Below, piece after piece: positions 1 to 9,243 of a stretch of DNA of 64,000 nucleotides (position 1 is the first letter of the stretch; every line of letters starts with the position of its first letter). Source of the stretch: an uncultured Chloroflexia bacterium (GTDB lineage: Bacteria; Chloroflexota; Limnocylindria; Limnocylindrales; CSP1-4); NCBI GenBank assembly GCA_963749705.1, contig CAVVNQ010000006.1, positions 96,001 to 160,000 on the forward strand, in the 5' to 3' direction. The notes below the pieces were generated by a model. It ran no database searches. It was given only the letters and a program-made list of their open reading frames with translations, and was not told the DNA's origin. Made by a program: the position numbers and the translations under genes.

Positions 1-1563
1 CCCGCCTGTGGGGTCATCGCGCTGTACCTGGAATCGGTGGGCAACCCGCGCAAGTTCTCGCGGATCGCACGCCGCGTCGGGCGGACCAAGCCGATCATCG
101 CGGTCAAGAGCGGACGATCGGCAGCGGGCGCCCGGGCAACCTCGTCGCACACCGGGGCCCTCATCGGCGCATCGGACGTCACGGTCGATGCGTTGTTCCA
201 CCAGGCAGGCGTTGTCCGTACGGACACCCTCGGGGAGTTCTTCGACGTTGCGTCGCTGCTGGCCAACCAGCCGCTGCCCGGCGGCCGGTCCGTGGCGATC
301 CTCACCAACGGGGGCGGACCCGGGATCCTCGCCGCCGACGCCTGTGAGGCGGACGGACTGAGCGTGCCGCCGCTTCCCGACGAGGTCCGACAGGCGCTCG
401 CCGAGTTCCTGCCCGAGGCGGCGGCGCTTGGCAATCCGGTCGATACCATCGACGCTTCCCCGGACTCGTTCCGCAGGGCCATCGGCATCCTCGCCGCGTG
501 CGAGAGCATTGACGCGATCGTCGTCCTGTTCGTCCCACCGCTCGGTGCGCGGACGGAGGACGTCGCGGGCGCCATCCACCGGGCCGTTTCCGAGCTTCCG
601 CGCCAGATCCCGGTCATGGCGGTGTTCATGTCGGCCGAGGGTGGACCGGCCGCCCTCCGCAGCCCGGCGCTGCGGGTGCCGGCGTACAGCTATCCGGAGG
701 ATGCCGTCCGGGCCCTGGCCCACGCTGCGGGGTACGCCGAGTGGCGAAGCGCACCGCCGGGCAACCTGCCCCGGTTCGACGACCTTCGTCAGGACGAGGC
801 GGCGGCGGTCGTCGCGGCCGCGCTCGCCGAGATCGGTCCTGATGCCCGGACCGCCGGTGGCACCCTGGCGGGGTCATCCCTCGAAGGTGCCCCGACCGAT
901 GACCGCTCGCGCTGGCTGCGGCCGGATGAGGTCGCCCGGATGCTGGCGTGCTACGGGATCCCGACCGCCGAATGGCGCCTCGTCGACACGCCCGAGGCTG
1001 CCGGCAATGCCGCCGCCGAGATCGGCGGCGCGGTCGCCCTCAAGGCCGTCGCGCCGGGGATCGTCCACAAGAAGGAGGCGCGAGCCGTCGTGCTGTCGCT
1101 CAAGGGTCGGGCTGCGGTCAGGAAGGCGGCCACGGCGATGGCCAGGGATCTCGCGGCCGCAGGGCACCCGGTCGAGCGCTTCTTCGTCCAGCACATGGTC
1201 CCGGACGGCCTCGAGATGCTGGTCGGGGTGGTCCACGACCGCCTGTTCGGACCGGTCATCGCATGCGGCGCGGGTGGCTCAGAGGTGGAGCTGCTCAAGG
1301 ACGTCGCCGTGCGGATCACGCCGCTGACAGATCGGGATGCCCGCGAGATGGTCCGGTCGCTGGCGATGTACCCCCTGCTCGAGGGCTACCGCAATGCCCC
1401 ACGATCGGACATCGCAGCGCTGGAGGACACATTGCTCCGGGTGAGCACGATGGTCGAGGATCATCCTGAGATCGTCGAGATGGACTGCAACCCGGTCACC
1501 GTGCTGGAGCACGGTGCCGTCGTCGTCGACGCCCGCGTCAGGATCGAGGCACACCGGGCGTAG
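1..1563 (+). CDS. ADP-forming acyl-CoA synthetase / acetate-CoA ligase family protein (CoA-ligase + ATP-grasp domains), 5'-truncated by window edge
   Basis: KSGRS..G..A..SHTGAL, TNGGGPG, NPVD and C-terminal ATP-grasp (GPVIACGAGG, DCNPV, VDAR) motifs; frame is open from position 1. Confidence 0.9.
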   Translation, partial: PACGVIALYLESVGNPRKFSRIARRVGRTKPIIAVKSGRSAAGARATSSHTGALIGASDVTVDALFHQAGVVRTDTLGEFFDVASLLANQPLPGGRSVAILTNGGGPGILAADACEADGLSVPPLPDEVRQALAEFLPEAAALGNPVDTIDASPDSFRRAIGILAACESIDAIVVLFVPPLGARTEDVAGAIHRAVSELPRQIPVMAVFMSAEGGPAALRSPALRVPAYSYPEDAVRALAHAAGYAEWRSAPPGNLPRFDDLRQDEAAAVVAAALAEIGPDARTAGGTLAGSSLEGAPTDDRSRWLRPDEVARMLACYGIPTAEWRLVDTPEAAGNAAAEIGGAVALKAVAPGIVHKKEARAVVLSLKGRAAVRKAATAMARDLAAAGHPVERFFVQHMVPDGLEMLVGVVHDRLFGPVIACGAGGSEVELLKDVAVRITPLTDRDAREMVRSLAMYPLLEGYRNAPRSDIAALEDTLLRVSTMVEDHPEIVEMDCNPVTVLEHGAVVVDARVRIEAHRA

Positions 1564-1641
1564 GCGTCGATCCGTTGAGCCGATGCCGTCCGAAGCGCAT
1601 CTCGTCGGTGCCGGCCGGGCCGGCGGGCCCGAGCGTGCGAG

Positions 1642-1836
1642 CTAGCGGTTGCGGGCCAGGAAGGCCATCACGTCGTCCAGCCGGAACCGGCGGTCGCCGC
1701 GCTTGCACACGCGGTAGAACGGCAGCTCGCCGCGGTCGCCGAGCCGCTTCACGGTGTTGACGTGAAGGTGAAGCATCTCGGCGACCTCACTCGCGGTGAG
1801 CATCGGGCCGAGGTCGTTGATTGCCATTGACGCCAT
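1642..1836 (-). CDS. Stand-alone excisionase/BldC-like (HTH_17) DNA-binding protein, 64 aa
   Basis: MLTASEVAEMLHLHVNTVKRLGDRGELPFYRV..RGDRRFRLDDV; AAGAGG RBS upstream of ATG at 1836. Confidence 0.85.
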   Translation of the reverse strand: MASMAINDLGPMLTASEVAEMLHLHVNTVKRLGDRGELPFYRVCKRGDRRFRLDDVMAFLARNR

Positions 1837-1861
1837 GGGGTGTCGCCTCTTGCGAACGCTG

Positions 1862-2004
1862 GGAGCCGTTCGGTCCGTTGTGGGCACTGTGGTGCAGTCC
1901 GGCTCGCTTCTGGGAGGAGTGTCTCGGTCCGGGGGGCGCGCGCCAAGCCGTACTCTCGACTACCCGGTGGTACCAGACTGCACGGATCGGCAGCGAACGG
2001 CTCC
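1862..2004 (-). ncRNA. Candidate structured RNA or 5' leader (rod-like) upstream of the BldC-like gene
   Basis: Perfect 11-bp inverted repeat 1862-1872/1994-2004, plus nested 11-bp stem 1892-1902/1973-1983 whose single mismatch is G-U on the minus strand. Confidence 0.4.
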
Positions 2005-2256
2005 GGAACGTGCGCGGGAGCGATGTCCACGCGGGCTCCCACCCGGCCAGTGGGCCGGGGCCGACAGGGCCACGCGGTGCATGGGGGCACTGCCATGCGT
2101 CATGCGGCGACGCCTGTCGGCCCCCGGACCGTCGGTCGCCCGGGAGGGATCCCGGATCGCCGATGGCGGCATTGTGGCGCGGTCTCGGCCACCCTGCACG
2201 CGCCGTGGTTCGCGGACGGATCCGGCTCGCCCGGCGCACCGGAGACCAACCCCGGC

Positions 2257-2994
2257 TCAGGCCCCTGCCAGCGTCTCCAGCTCGGGGCGGAGCGCCGCGA
2301 TGTCGCCGTCCTCGCGCGCCCACTCGAGGAGGTCCGGCCGGCGCTTGAACACATCGCGCAGGAGCCGCCGTGCGTCGTCCAGCCGGCCGCCGAGCGCCTC
2401 GAAGCAGGCCACGTTGTAGAGCATCACCGCGGCGTCCCGGTCCGGCAGCCGGCCGCGCAACAGGATCGCCTCGATCCGGTCGGTGAACGCCCGGAACCGG
2501 CGTCCGGCCTCGTCGCCGGCCAGTGCCGCGACCTCGCCCAGGTGCGCGAGCGCATGGTTGGCGCCGTTGGCGCCGATCCCGGCCACCAGCCGGTCCGCGC
2601 GGTTCAGCTCGTCGACGGACGTAGACCTCACCTGGGTTTCGAGGGCATCGATGCTCGCGTCGGCCTCGGCAGCGACCTGGTCCCACGACCAGGCGCCACG
2701 CCTGGCCTGGATCCGCGCGTTCGCCTCGTCGTCCGACGCGGCCGGGGCGTCGCCGTCCGCCATGTCCGGCTGGAGCTCGCGGACACCCGTCCGCAGGCGC
2801 TCCGCCTCGACGCCGCGCCATGCCGCAAGGTGCGCCCGCAGGTCCTTGGCCGACCACTCCCCGATCCGGCCCCTCGCGTCGCGGACCGCGGGCTCGAGCA
2901 TTGCGAAGATGTCGTGCTCCGCCGCCCGGGTCTCCTCGAGCATCTCGATCAGGTCGTCATGGAGCGGCGAAGTGCCGGTTGCATCGGTCGTCAT
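2257..2994 (-). CDS. DinB/ClbS-like helical protein with C-terminal TPR-like module
   Basis: WSAKDLRAHLAAW DinB-like motif; C-terminal YNVACFEALGG..DDA...L....PDL...AREDGD TPR-like end. Confidence 0.6.
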   Translation of the reverse strand: MTTDATGTSPLHDDLIEMLEETRAAEHDIFAMLEPAVRDARGRIGEWSAKDLRAHLAAWRGVEAERLRTGVRELQPDMADGDAPAASDDEANARIQARRGAWSWDQVAAEADASIDALETQVRSTSVDELNRADRLVAGIGANGANHALAHLGEVAALAGDEAGRRFRAFTDRIEAILLRGRLPDRDAAVMLYNVACFEALGGRLDDARRLLRDVFKRRPDLLEWAREDGDIAALRPELETLAGA

Positions 2995-3147
2995 GGTCCG
3001 TGATGGTAACGGCGGCGGCGACGCTGGCAAGGGGGTCGCCCACGCGGATGCGAGCGCGGCTCGAGAAATTGGCACCCGATCGGTCTTGACAGCGCACCTC
3101 GACTCGCGAACGATCACGCCGTTGGTGCGCACAGCCAAGGGAGCGCG

Positions 3148-3609
3148 ATGAAGGCCGTGGCGATGCTCGTCGTCCTGCTGGCCCTCGCCGGCTGTTCCAC
3201 CGTGCAGCCCACACCCGACCCGGGCCAGGTCATCCACCTGGTGAACAACTCGGGTCGCGCGGTCATGCTCGAGGCGGGCAGCCTCCTCGACGACCAGATG
3301 CCCACGGCGGCCCGGCCCTGCGGCGGCGAAGCCTCCGTCGCGGTGACGGCGGCGAGCTACGAGAACGACGGGCGGCTCATTGCCGGGCTCGCCATCGATC
3401 CCAGCGGGAGCCTTGACGTCGCGCTGCGCGGGTACGTCGGAGATCCGATCGACATGCCCGGGACGTTCACGGCGTCGCTCATCTGGTCGGACGGGACGCT
3501 CGCCGGGCGGCTGCCGATGGTCCTCACCGTCGCATCCGACCTGACGGTCACGGAGTCCTCCGAGCCGGGGCCGCCCTCGGCGGTTGGCTGCCTCCCGATG
3601 TACCCGTGA
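3148..3609 (+). CDS. Hypothetical lipoprotein
   Basis: Signal peptide with lipobox LAGC; AAGGGAG RBS. Confidence 0.7.
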   Translation: MKAVAMLVVLLALAGCSTVQPTPDPGQVIHLVNNSGRAVMLEAGSLLDDQMPTAARPCGGEASVAVTAASYENDGRLIAGLAIDPSGSLDVALRGYVGDPIDMPGTFTASLIWSDGTLAGRLPMVLTVASDLTVTESSEPGPPSAVGCLPMYP

Positions 3610-3657
3610 TCCGGTCGGGCCGGCCGCTATCGCCGGACGGAGTCGCGCGACGGCCGC

Positions 3658-4983
3658 TCAGGCGCCGGCCTTGAGCGCGAGGATCCGGTCGTATGAGGCG
3701 TCGAGGGCGGCCCGCGAGATCCGGCCATCGGCAGCGGCCGTCATCAGGGCCGCGTAGACCTTGGCCGTCGACAATTCGGAGCCGGTCACGAGGATCATGT
3801 CCACGCCCGCAGCGGCGGCGCTCAGCGCGAGCTGGCTGGGCGACACTTCGCGGGCGGCCGCCGTGCCGGTCAGGGAGTCGGTGATCGTGACCCCGGTGAA
3901 GCCCATCTGCTGCCGGAGCATTGTCGTCGCGATCGCACCGGACCAGCCGGCCGCCGCGAGCGGGTCGTAGGCCGTGTAGGTGGCGTTCGACAGCATGATC
4001 ATCGGGATCCGCTCCGCGATGGCCTGCTGGTAGGGACGCAGGCCCGGTGTAAGCGCAGTCGCTGACTCCGTGATCGTCACCGCGTGGCTGTCCGTGTTGA
4101 GCGTCGCGAACCCGAGACCCGGGAAGTGCTTCATCACGGGCACCACACCCTCGGACTCGAGCCCCTGGGCAAACGCGTTGGCCAGGCTTGCGGTCGTGGA
4201 CGCGCTGAACGACCACGTCCGATCCTCGAGATACATGAATGAGTCCTCGGACGCCGGCACGTCCGCAACGGGAGCGAGGTCGACGTCGATCCCCAGGTCG
4301 CGCAGCGCACGGCCGGTGGCAGCTCCCTGGGACCGGGCGCCCGAGGCGCTGCCCTGGTCACCCATCTCGATGGTCGATAACGTCGGCGGTGCCCAGGGAA
4401 CCCGCCTGACCTCTCCGCCCTCCTGGTCGACCGCGATCAGCAACGGCGGCTGTCCGCCATCCGCAGCCGCCTCGCGAAGCGTCCGGGTGAGCTCGGCCAA
4501 TGCGTCGGGCGTCGTGATGTTGAAGCCGAACAGGATGACGCCGCCGACCTCACCGCGACGGATCCGACCGAGGAGGCTCGGGGTCGGCTGGGTCCCGTCC
4601 ATCCTCACCATCAGCTTCTGTCCGATCAACTGAGCGAGGGACGAGCCGGCGGACGCCGTGGAAGTGGCCGTCGGCGCAGGAGTGGGCATCGGGGTCGGAG
4701 CGGCCGTGGGCGCCGTGGTCGGAACCGCCGTGGGTGTCGGCGTCGGCGCAGTCAGCGTCGGCGGCACCGTTGGCGACTGGGTCAGGGTCGGGCTTGGGGA
4801 CGACGTACCGATCGAGCTGGCCGGCCGCGTTGCCGGCGCCGTGGCACGCGTGGGCGTCTGGCTCGGCGGAACGTGCGTCACGGGAACCTGGCCGCCGCAC
4901 GCGGCGACGACGAGCAATGCGGCGAGGACGACGCCCACGGGTCTCACGTCCTTCTGACGACCCGCGGGCGGTGTTCCGTTCAA
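3658..4983 (-). CDS. GH3 beta-N-acetylhexosaminidase (NagZ-like) lipoprotein with Pro/Thr-rich linker
   Basis: Lipobox VAAC; PT-rich tract; DQEGG, KHFPG(LG), DSH and ITDSL motifs; single GH3 N-terminal barrel; start uncertain. Confidence 0.85.
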   Translation of the reverse strand: MNGTPPAGRQKDVRPVGVVLAALLVVAACGGQVPVTHVPPSQTPTRATAPATRPASSIGTSSPSPTLTQSPTVPPTLTAPTPTPTAVPTTAPTAAPTPMPTPAPTATSTASAGSSLAQLIGQKLMVRMDGTQPTPSLLGRIRRGEVGGVILFGFNITTPDALAELTRTLREAAADGGQPPLLIAVDQEGGEVRRVPWAPPTLSTIEMGDQGSASGARSQGAATGRALRDLGIDVDLAPVADVPASEDSFMYLEDRTWSFSASTTASLANAFAQGLESEGVVPVMKHFPGLGFATLNTDSHAVTITESATALTPGLRPYQQAIAERIPMIMLSNATYTAYDPLAAAGWSGAIATTMLRQQMGFTGVTITDSLTGTAAAREVSPSQLALSAAAAGVDMILVTGSELSTAKVYAALMTAAADGRISRAALDASYDRILALKAGA

Positions 4984-5420
4984 CGGCTCAACCGCTGAAC
5001 GCCGCCGTGGCCGATGCCGAATTGTCGGGTGGGGCAGTCCCCGAGGACATCATCGCGAGGCTAGCTGCCGAGGGCGATGCCGAGGCCATCTGATGATGGA
5101 GTTGATGGAGCTGCGGCTGGCCGTCATGCGCGTGATGCCGAGGAGGACGCGGCTCGTCCGAGGCCGGGATCAATGAGGCATCCAAAGACCCGCGCTCAAC
5201 GCGCCCTACGTGCCGCCCGTGTGGAGTGGCGCGAGGCCGCTGAGCTCCCGGAACCGTCGCTGACGTTCGGGCGCGACTGTCACCCTCGAAACATGCCTAG
5301 CCGCCGACCTCAAGACAGCACTCGGCCGATTGGATGAAGGTGTGGTCCAGCTAGGTTCCGGAATGGCGCTTCGTGGCCGACGGCCCCGACAGCCGGAGTC
5401 GATCCCCGTGGAATGCTCGA

Positions 5421-5672
5421 TCAGTCGGTCGGCGGCGAGCTTCGGTGGGGGCCGAGGATCTTGCCCCACTCAATGAGTGCGAGTGCCACGAGGGCAAGAC
5501 CAACAAAGATGGCGCGAGCCGCCCAGGTGATGGCGACTGCGCCCGGATCGCCATCGAGGCCACCCGTATTTCCCGGGTTGTCTATCACGCCAGCGCCCTG
5601 CGGAATGAAGCTCACGGCGTTGTAGATGAACCAAGCCGCTGCTCCAGCGGCGAACAGCGAGCGCATCCTCAT
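5421..5672 (-). CDS. Small two-TM membrane protein
   Basis: GGGAGGG RBS immediately before ATG; two hydrophobic segments. Confidence 0.55.
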   Translation of the reverse strand: MRMRSLFAAGAAAWFIYNAVSFIPQGAGVIDNPGNTGGLDGDPGAVAITWAARAIFVGLALVALALIEWGKILGPHRSSPPTD

Positions 5673-5848
5673 TTTCCCTCCCGGATGGCTGTGGACGATA
5701 GCGGTGGACGACCGCGGATGGGCGTGAGGGGCGGAGCCGAAATTTCGCGGCGGCAGGAGCTAGCCGGACAGGGAGACGGTCGCTTTGCAGCGCCCACCTG
5801 ACGTTTGATCTCCGAGGTTCGGGGACGTCCGTTGCTGATACCCGCGCG

Positions 5849-6097
5849 CTACTTGTCCACGCGCTCGCGCTGAGCTTCCCGGATATCTGCCGCAACGTCG
5901 GTTCCGAACGGGGTAAGTAGCGGCGCGGAAGCGGCGTGTGATCGGCCGACGCCGAATTGCGCGATCTGCTCGTGTCCGAACGCGTCGAGGGCGTCGGGAT
6001 CGAGGCGTGGATCCACAGCCGGTGGCCCGTCGGCGATCCCGCGGGGCACTGGGACCAGCGCAACGAGCCAGGAGCGGAGCCGCCGGAGCCTACCCAC
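5849..6097 (-). CDS. Hypothetical protein
   Basis: GTG start preceded by AAGGAAGGA; 82 aa; no recognisable family. Confidence 0.4.
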   Translation of the reverse strand: MGRLRRLRSWLVALVPVPRGIADGPPAVDPRLDPDALDAFGHEQIAQFGVGRSHAASAPLLTPFGTDVAADIREAQRERVDK

Positions 6098-6546
6098 TGA
6101 CGCTTCCTTCCTTCGAGGACGCGGCGACGAGGCTTGGATTCTACTCCGCGGGTGGATCGTCCTGGCGGAACCAGAGCGCGGGGCCACGGGTGAGTCTAGG
6201 TTTTCTCCCGTCAGCTTGACGTTCGCCCGGTCATTACCGCCGGAACATCGCTCGGTGGAGCGCCAACACGTTGGAGGTTCGCTGCGCGGCCACGGCCGGC
6301 GGCTGCCTCGGGATGTTCGTCGGCTTCGTCGCGGGAGCTCTCTAGTGCGGGACGAGATGGTCTGCTGGTTGGACCACTATCGGCAGTGCTCCCTCTGAGT
6401 CGACGGCTGGCACGACCGAGGCTCCAATCTGGGTCACGCGGGCGAAGCGCGAGATGATCCTCCAATGGCGAACCAAGATGCGCTCGGTGCGGACCAGCGA
6501 GGTCTGTGGGCGCTGAGGCACGGACAGTTGTTTGGTGGGTGGTGTC

Positions 6547-6622
6547 TGGCGCCCCCGGCAGGAATCGAACCTGCGACCTACCGCTTAGAAGGCGGCTGCT
6601 CTATCCGCTGAGCTACGGGGGC
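6547..6622 (-). tRNA. tRNA-Arg(TCT)
   Basis: Reverse complement GCCCCCGTAGCTCAGCGGATAGAGCA..CCGC-CTTCTAA-GCGG..GGTTCGATTCC..GGGGGCGCCA; cloverleaf with encoded CCA. Confidence 0.97.
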
Positions 6623-6715
6623 CGGGCCGGAAGCCAGTCTACGCACGATCCGGCGGGCCCGGCGCCGATCGACGTGCCGGCGGCCCGGCACGCGAGCAGC
6701 CGCTATCGTCGGGAG

Positions 6716-7060
6716 ATGCGCGAGGCTGCCCCGAAATCGTCACCACCCGCCCTGCGGTCTTCTCTGGTGCGCCTCGCCCTCGTGACGCAGCTCGCCGACG
6801 TGGCGACGTTCCTCGTCGCGGTCCTGATCGAGCCCGCGCTCGTGTCGTTCGAGGTCGGACCGATCGGGATGATCTACGCGCTGGGTGGCCCGGTCGCAGC
6901 GACGGCGTTCAAGCTGGCCGGGCTCGCCACCGTGTTCGCCGCGCTTGCGATCTACCGGGGACGGCTGACCACGCCGATCCTGATCGCGGTCGTTGTGCTC
7001 GGCTTGGTAGGCGCCACGGCCAACGTCCACGCGCTGCTCGTCGCGCGCCATCTCATCTGA
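6716..7060 (+). CDS. Small multi-TM membrane protein (DUF5658-like)
   Basis: Q.AD..TF, E..P, FK and N pattern across three hydrophobic helices. Confidence 0.55.
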   Translation: MREAAPKSSPPALRSSLVRLALVTQLADVATFLVAVLIEPALVSFEVGPIGMIYALGGPVAATAFKLAGLATVFAALAIYRGRLTTPILIAVVVLGLVGATANVHALLVARHLI

Positions 7061-7111
7061 ATGCGCGCTGGACCGTTCGCAGGCCTGCCGCCAGATTCCC
7101 CGACAGGTCGA

Positions 7112-7246
7112 GACTCAGGCGGCGTGAAACCTTCCCCGCCATCGCGGCGTGAAACCTTCCATGCCGTCGCTGCCTCAGAGAGTCGGCAAAACTCCTCCCG
7201 GGGGAGCCCCGGCTGCCGAATCCCCGTCGGCGGCCGGGGCCCTTTC
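7112..7246 (+). ncRNA. Candidate small structured RNA with duplicated AAACCUUCC motif and terminal hairpin
   Basis: 17-nt direct repeat GCGGCGTGAAACCTTCC (7119-7135, 7144-7160); stems GACTC/GAGTC, AGGCGGCG/CGCTGCCT and GCGGCGTG/CATGCCGT; 14-bp terminal hairpin 7206-7240 followed by CCTTTC; all wobble pairs favour the + strand. Confidence 0.5.
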
Positions 7247-7418
7247 ATGTCCGCGGGCGAACTGCTGGGTACGCTCGGCCCCACCCGAGTCGGATGACGA
7301 CCGTCAGGTGGTCCCGATGGGGCATTCGACCCACTGCGCGCAGGGATTCGCCGGTGCTATGCTCCGCACCCCTTCGTCCGGGATGCCCAGTCGCCGGACG
7401 ACCTCGTCGAGCCCGGGA

Positions 7419-8813
7419 ATGCCCGACCAACACGCCATCTCGAACCCTGCCCAGCTCGCGCTCGAGCTTCCGAGCGCCCTGCCGACCCTCGGGATCGAGC
7501 CCGAGTGGAAGGCCCAGGCACGCCTGTGGGGCCCGACCCTCCACCCGATGTGCTCGTACCTGGCGAGCTTCCCGGCCGCGCTCGCCCACGCGTTCATCGC
7601 CCGCTACAGCCGTCCCGGCGACGTGGTCATCGACCCGTTCTCGGGTCGCGGGACGACGCCCCTCCAGGCCGATGCGGAGGGCCGGATCGGGGTCGGCAAC
7701 GACCTGAACCCGTTCGCCCACCTGCTCACGGCCGCCAAGGTTGACCCCGCGCTCGCGGCCGAGACACGCACCCGCCTCGCCGCGCTCCGGCTGGCCTGGT
7801 CGGCCGACACGCCCGAATGGCTGGCCCTGGGCACGCGCGTGGTCACCCACCCGCACCACCCGGCGTCGAGGGTCCCGGCGGCCGGCAGCGGCGACGGTCC
7901 GACCTCGCGCACGGAGCCCGTCCCCGACGAGGTCGCGATCGCGTTCCATCCGCGCACGCTCGGCCAGCTGCTGCTGGTCCGCTCGCAGCTCCGCCTCGAG
8001 AACCGGGTGGACCGGTTCCTGGCCGCGGCATTGTCCGGGATCCTCCACGGCAAGACGCCGTCGTACCTGTCGACGGTCATGCCCAACACGTTCAGCATGG
8101 CCCCCCGCTACGTGCGCGACTTCGCAGAACGGACCGGCTTCCAGGCCCCGGAGCGCGACGTGTTCGATGCGCTGTCGGCGAAGCTCGACCGCGTGTACCG
8201 TCAGCCGGTGCCCGACGTGCGAGGGCTCGCCCTCCACGGGGACGCGCGAACCGCGGGCCGGCGGGCTCGCGCCGCGCTGCGTGCCCGAGGGCTCCCGGAT
8301 CGCGCCCGCCTGGCGGTCACCTCACCCCCCTACCTGCGGGTCCTCAAGTACGGCTACTACAACTGGCTCCGTACGTGGCTGCTGGGGTTCGACGCCCGGG
8401 CCATCGACGCGGAGCTCGACGATGCACACCAGCGCGCGCCGTACCTCGTGTTCATGCGCGAGGTGCTGGCGGACCTGCGGCCCGCGATGACCGACGACGG
8501 GATCGTGGTCCTGGTGATCGGCGAGGTCGAGATGGACCGCGGCAAGCGGTCGAGCACCGGGCTGGGGCTCGCGGAGCGGGTGTGGGAGGAGGCCGCCTGG
8601 CCGGCCGGCTACCGGCTGGCTGGCGCCGTTCGCGACGAGATCGCCTCCAACCGCAAGATGACCCGGCTGTGGGGCGACGAGGCGGGGCGGGCGACGAAGA
8701 TGGACCGGATCCTGGTGCTGGGGGCGACCGAGGCGGGACGGCGACGAGCGCTGGCCTCGGCCGAGCTGCCCGTGGACTGGACCTGGCCACCGACGCGGTT
8801 GCGGGCGCTGTAG
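7419..8813 (+). CDS. Site-specific DNA amino-methyltransferase (N4-C/N6-A), apparently orphan
   Basis: Motif I DPFSGRGTT precedes catalytic motif IV TSPPY; HPMCSYLASFP N-terminal motif; start uncertain. Confidence 0.85.
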   Translation: MPDQHAISNPAQLALELPSALPTLGIEPEWKAQARLWGPTLHPMCSYLASFPAALAHAFIARYSRPGDVVIDPFSGRGTTPLQADAEGRIGVGNDLNPFAHLLTAAKVDPALAAETRTRLAALRLAWSADTPEWLALGTRVVTHPHHPASRVPAAGSGDGPTSRTEPVPDEVAIAFHPRTLGQLLLVRSQLRLENRVDRFLAAALSGILHGKTPSYLSTVMPNTFSMAPRYVRDFAERTGFQAPERDVFDALSAKLDRVYRQPVPDVRGLALHGDARTAGRRARAALRARGLPDRARLAVTSPPYLRVLKYGYYNWLRTWLLGFDARAIDAELDDAHQRAPYLVFMREVLADLRPAMTDDGIVVLVIGEVEMDRGKRSSTGLGLAERVWEEAAWPAGYRLAGAVRDEIASNRKMTRLWGDEAGRATKMDRILVLGATEAGRRRALASAELPVDWTWPPTRLRAL

Positions 8814-8910
8814 GCAGCCGCGGCGACGGCGATCGGGCCGGTTCGCCGTGGCGGGCCGTCCACGAGAGCGTCCCGCCCGACACCCCGTCGTTGGGCTAGC
8901 ATGGCTGGCG

Positions 8911-9138
8911 ATGAACGAGATGTACCCGCCCTCGGACCTCGCCTCGATGGATCCGCTGGTGCTGATGAAGAACCTCGATCACGTGCGGATGACCAGCCGC
9001 CGCCTGTCCTACATCCTCCAGCAGCAGGTCCACCTGTACGCGCCGGAGGCGAACCAGCTGCGCGAGCAGATCGACCGCTACGTGGAGGCGGAGCGCCAGA
9101 TCGAGGGCGAGATGGCCCGGCGGCGCATCCGAGCCTGA
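8911..9138 (+). CDS. Small helical hypothetical protein
   Basis: 75 aa with strong GC3 codon bias and coiled-coil-like composition. Confidence 0.65.
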   Translation: MNEMYPPSDLASMDPLVLMKNLDHVRMTSRRLSYILQQQVHLYAPEANQLREQIDRYVEAERQIEGEMARRRIRA

Positions 9139-9243
9139 CCCGGCGGCACATCCGGCCTGGCCCGCCTCGAGGCGCCGCCCGCGCGCCGGCAGCGGTGGCG
9201 TCCGGATGATCCAGGTCCGCCCCGTGGGACGGACCGCATCGTC

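Noticed and set aside
4690-4780. Low-complexity repeats in the GH3, E2 and zinc-ribbon genes
   Set aside because: They encode ordinary Pro/Thr/Ala or Gly-rich protein linkers.
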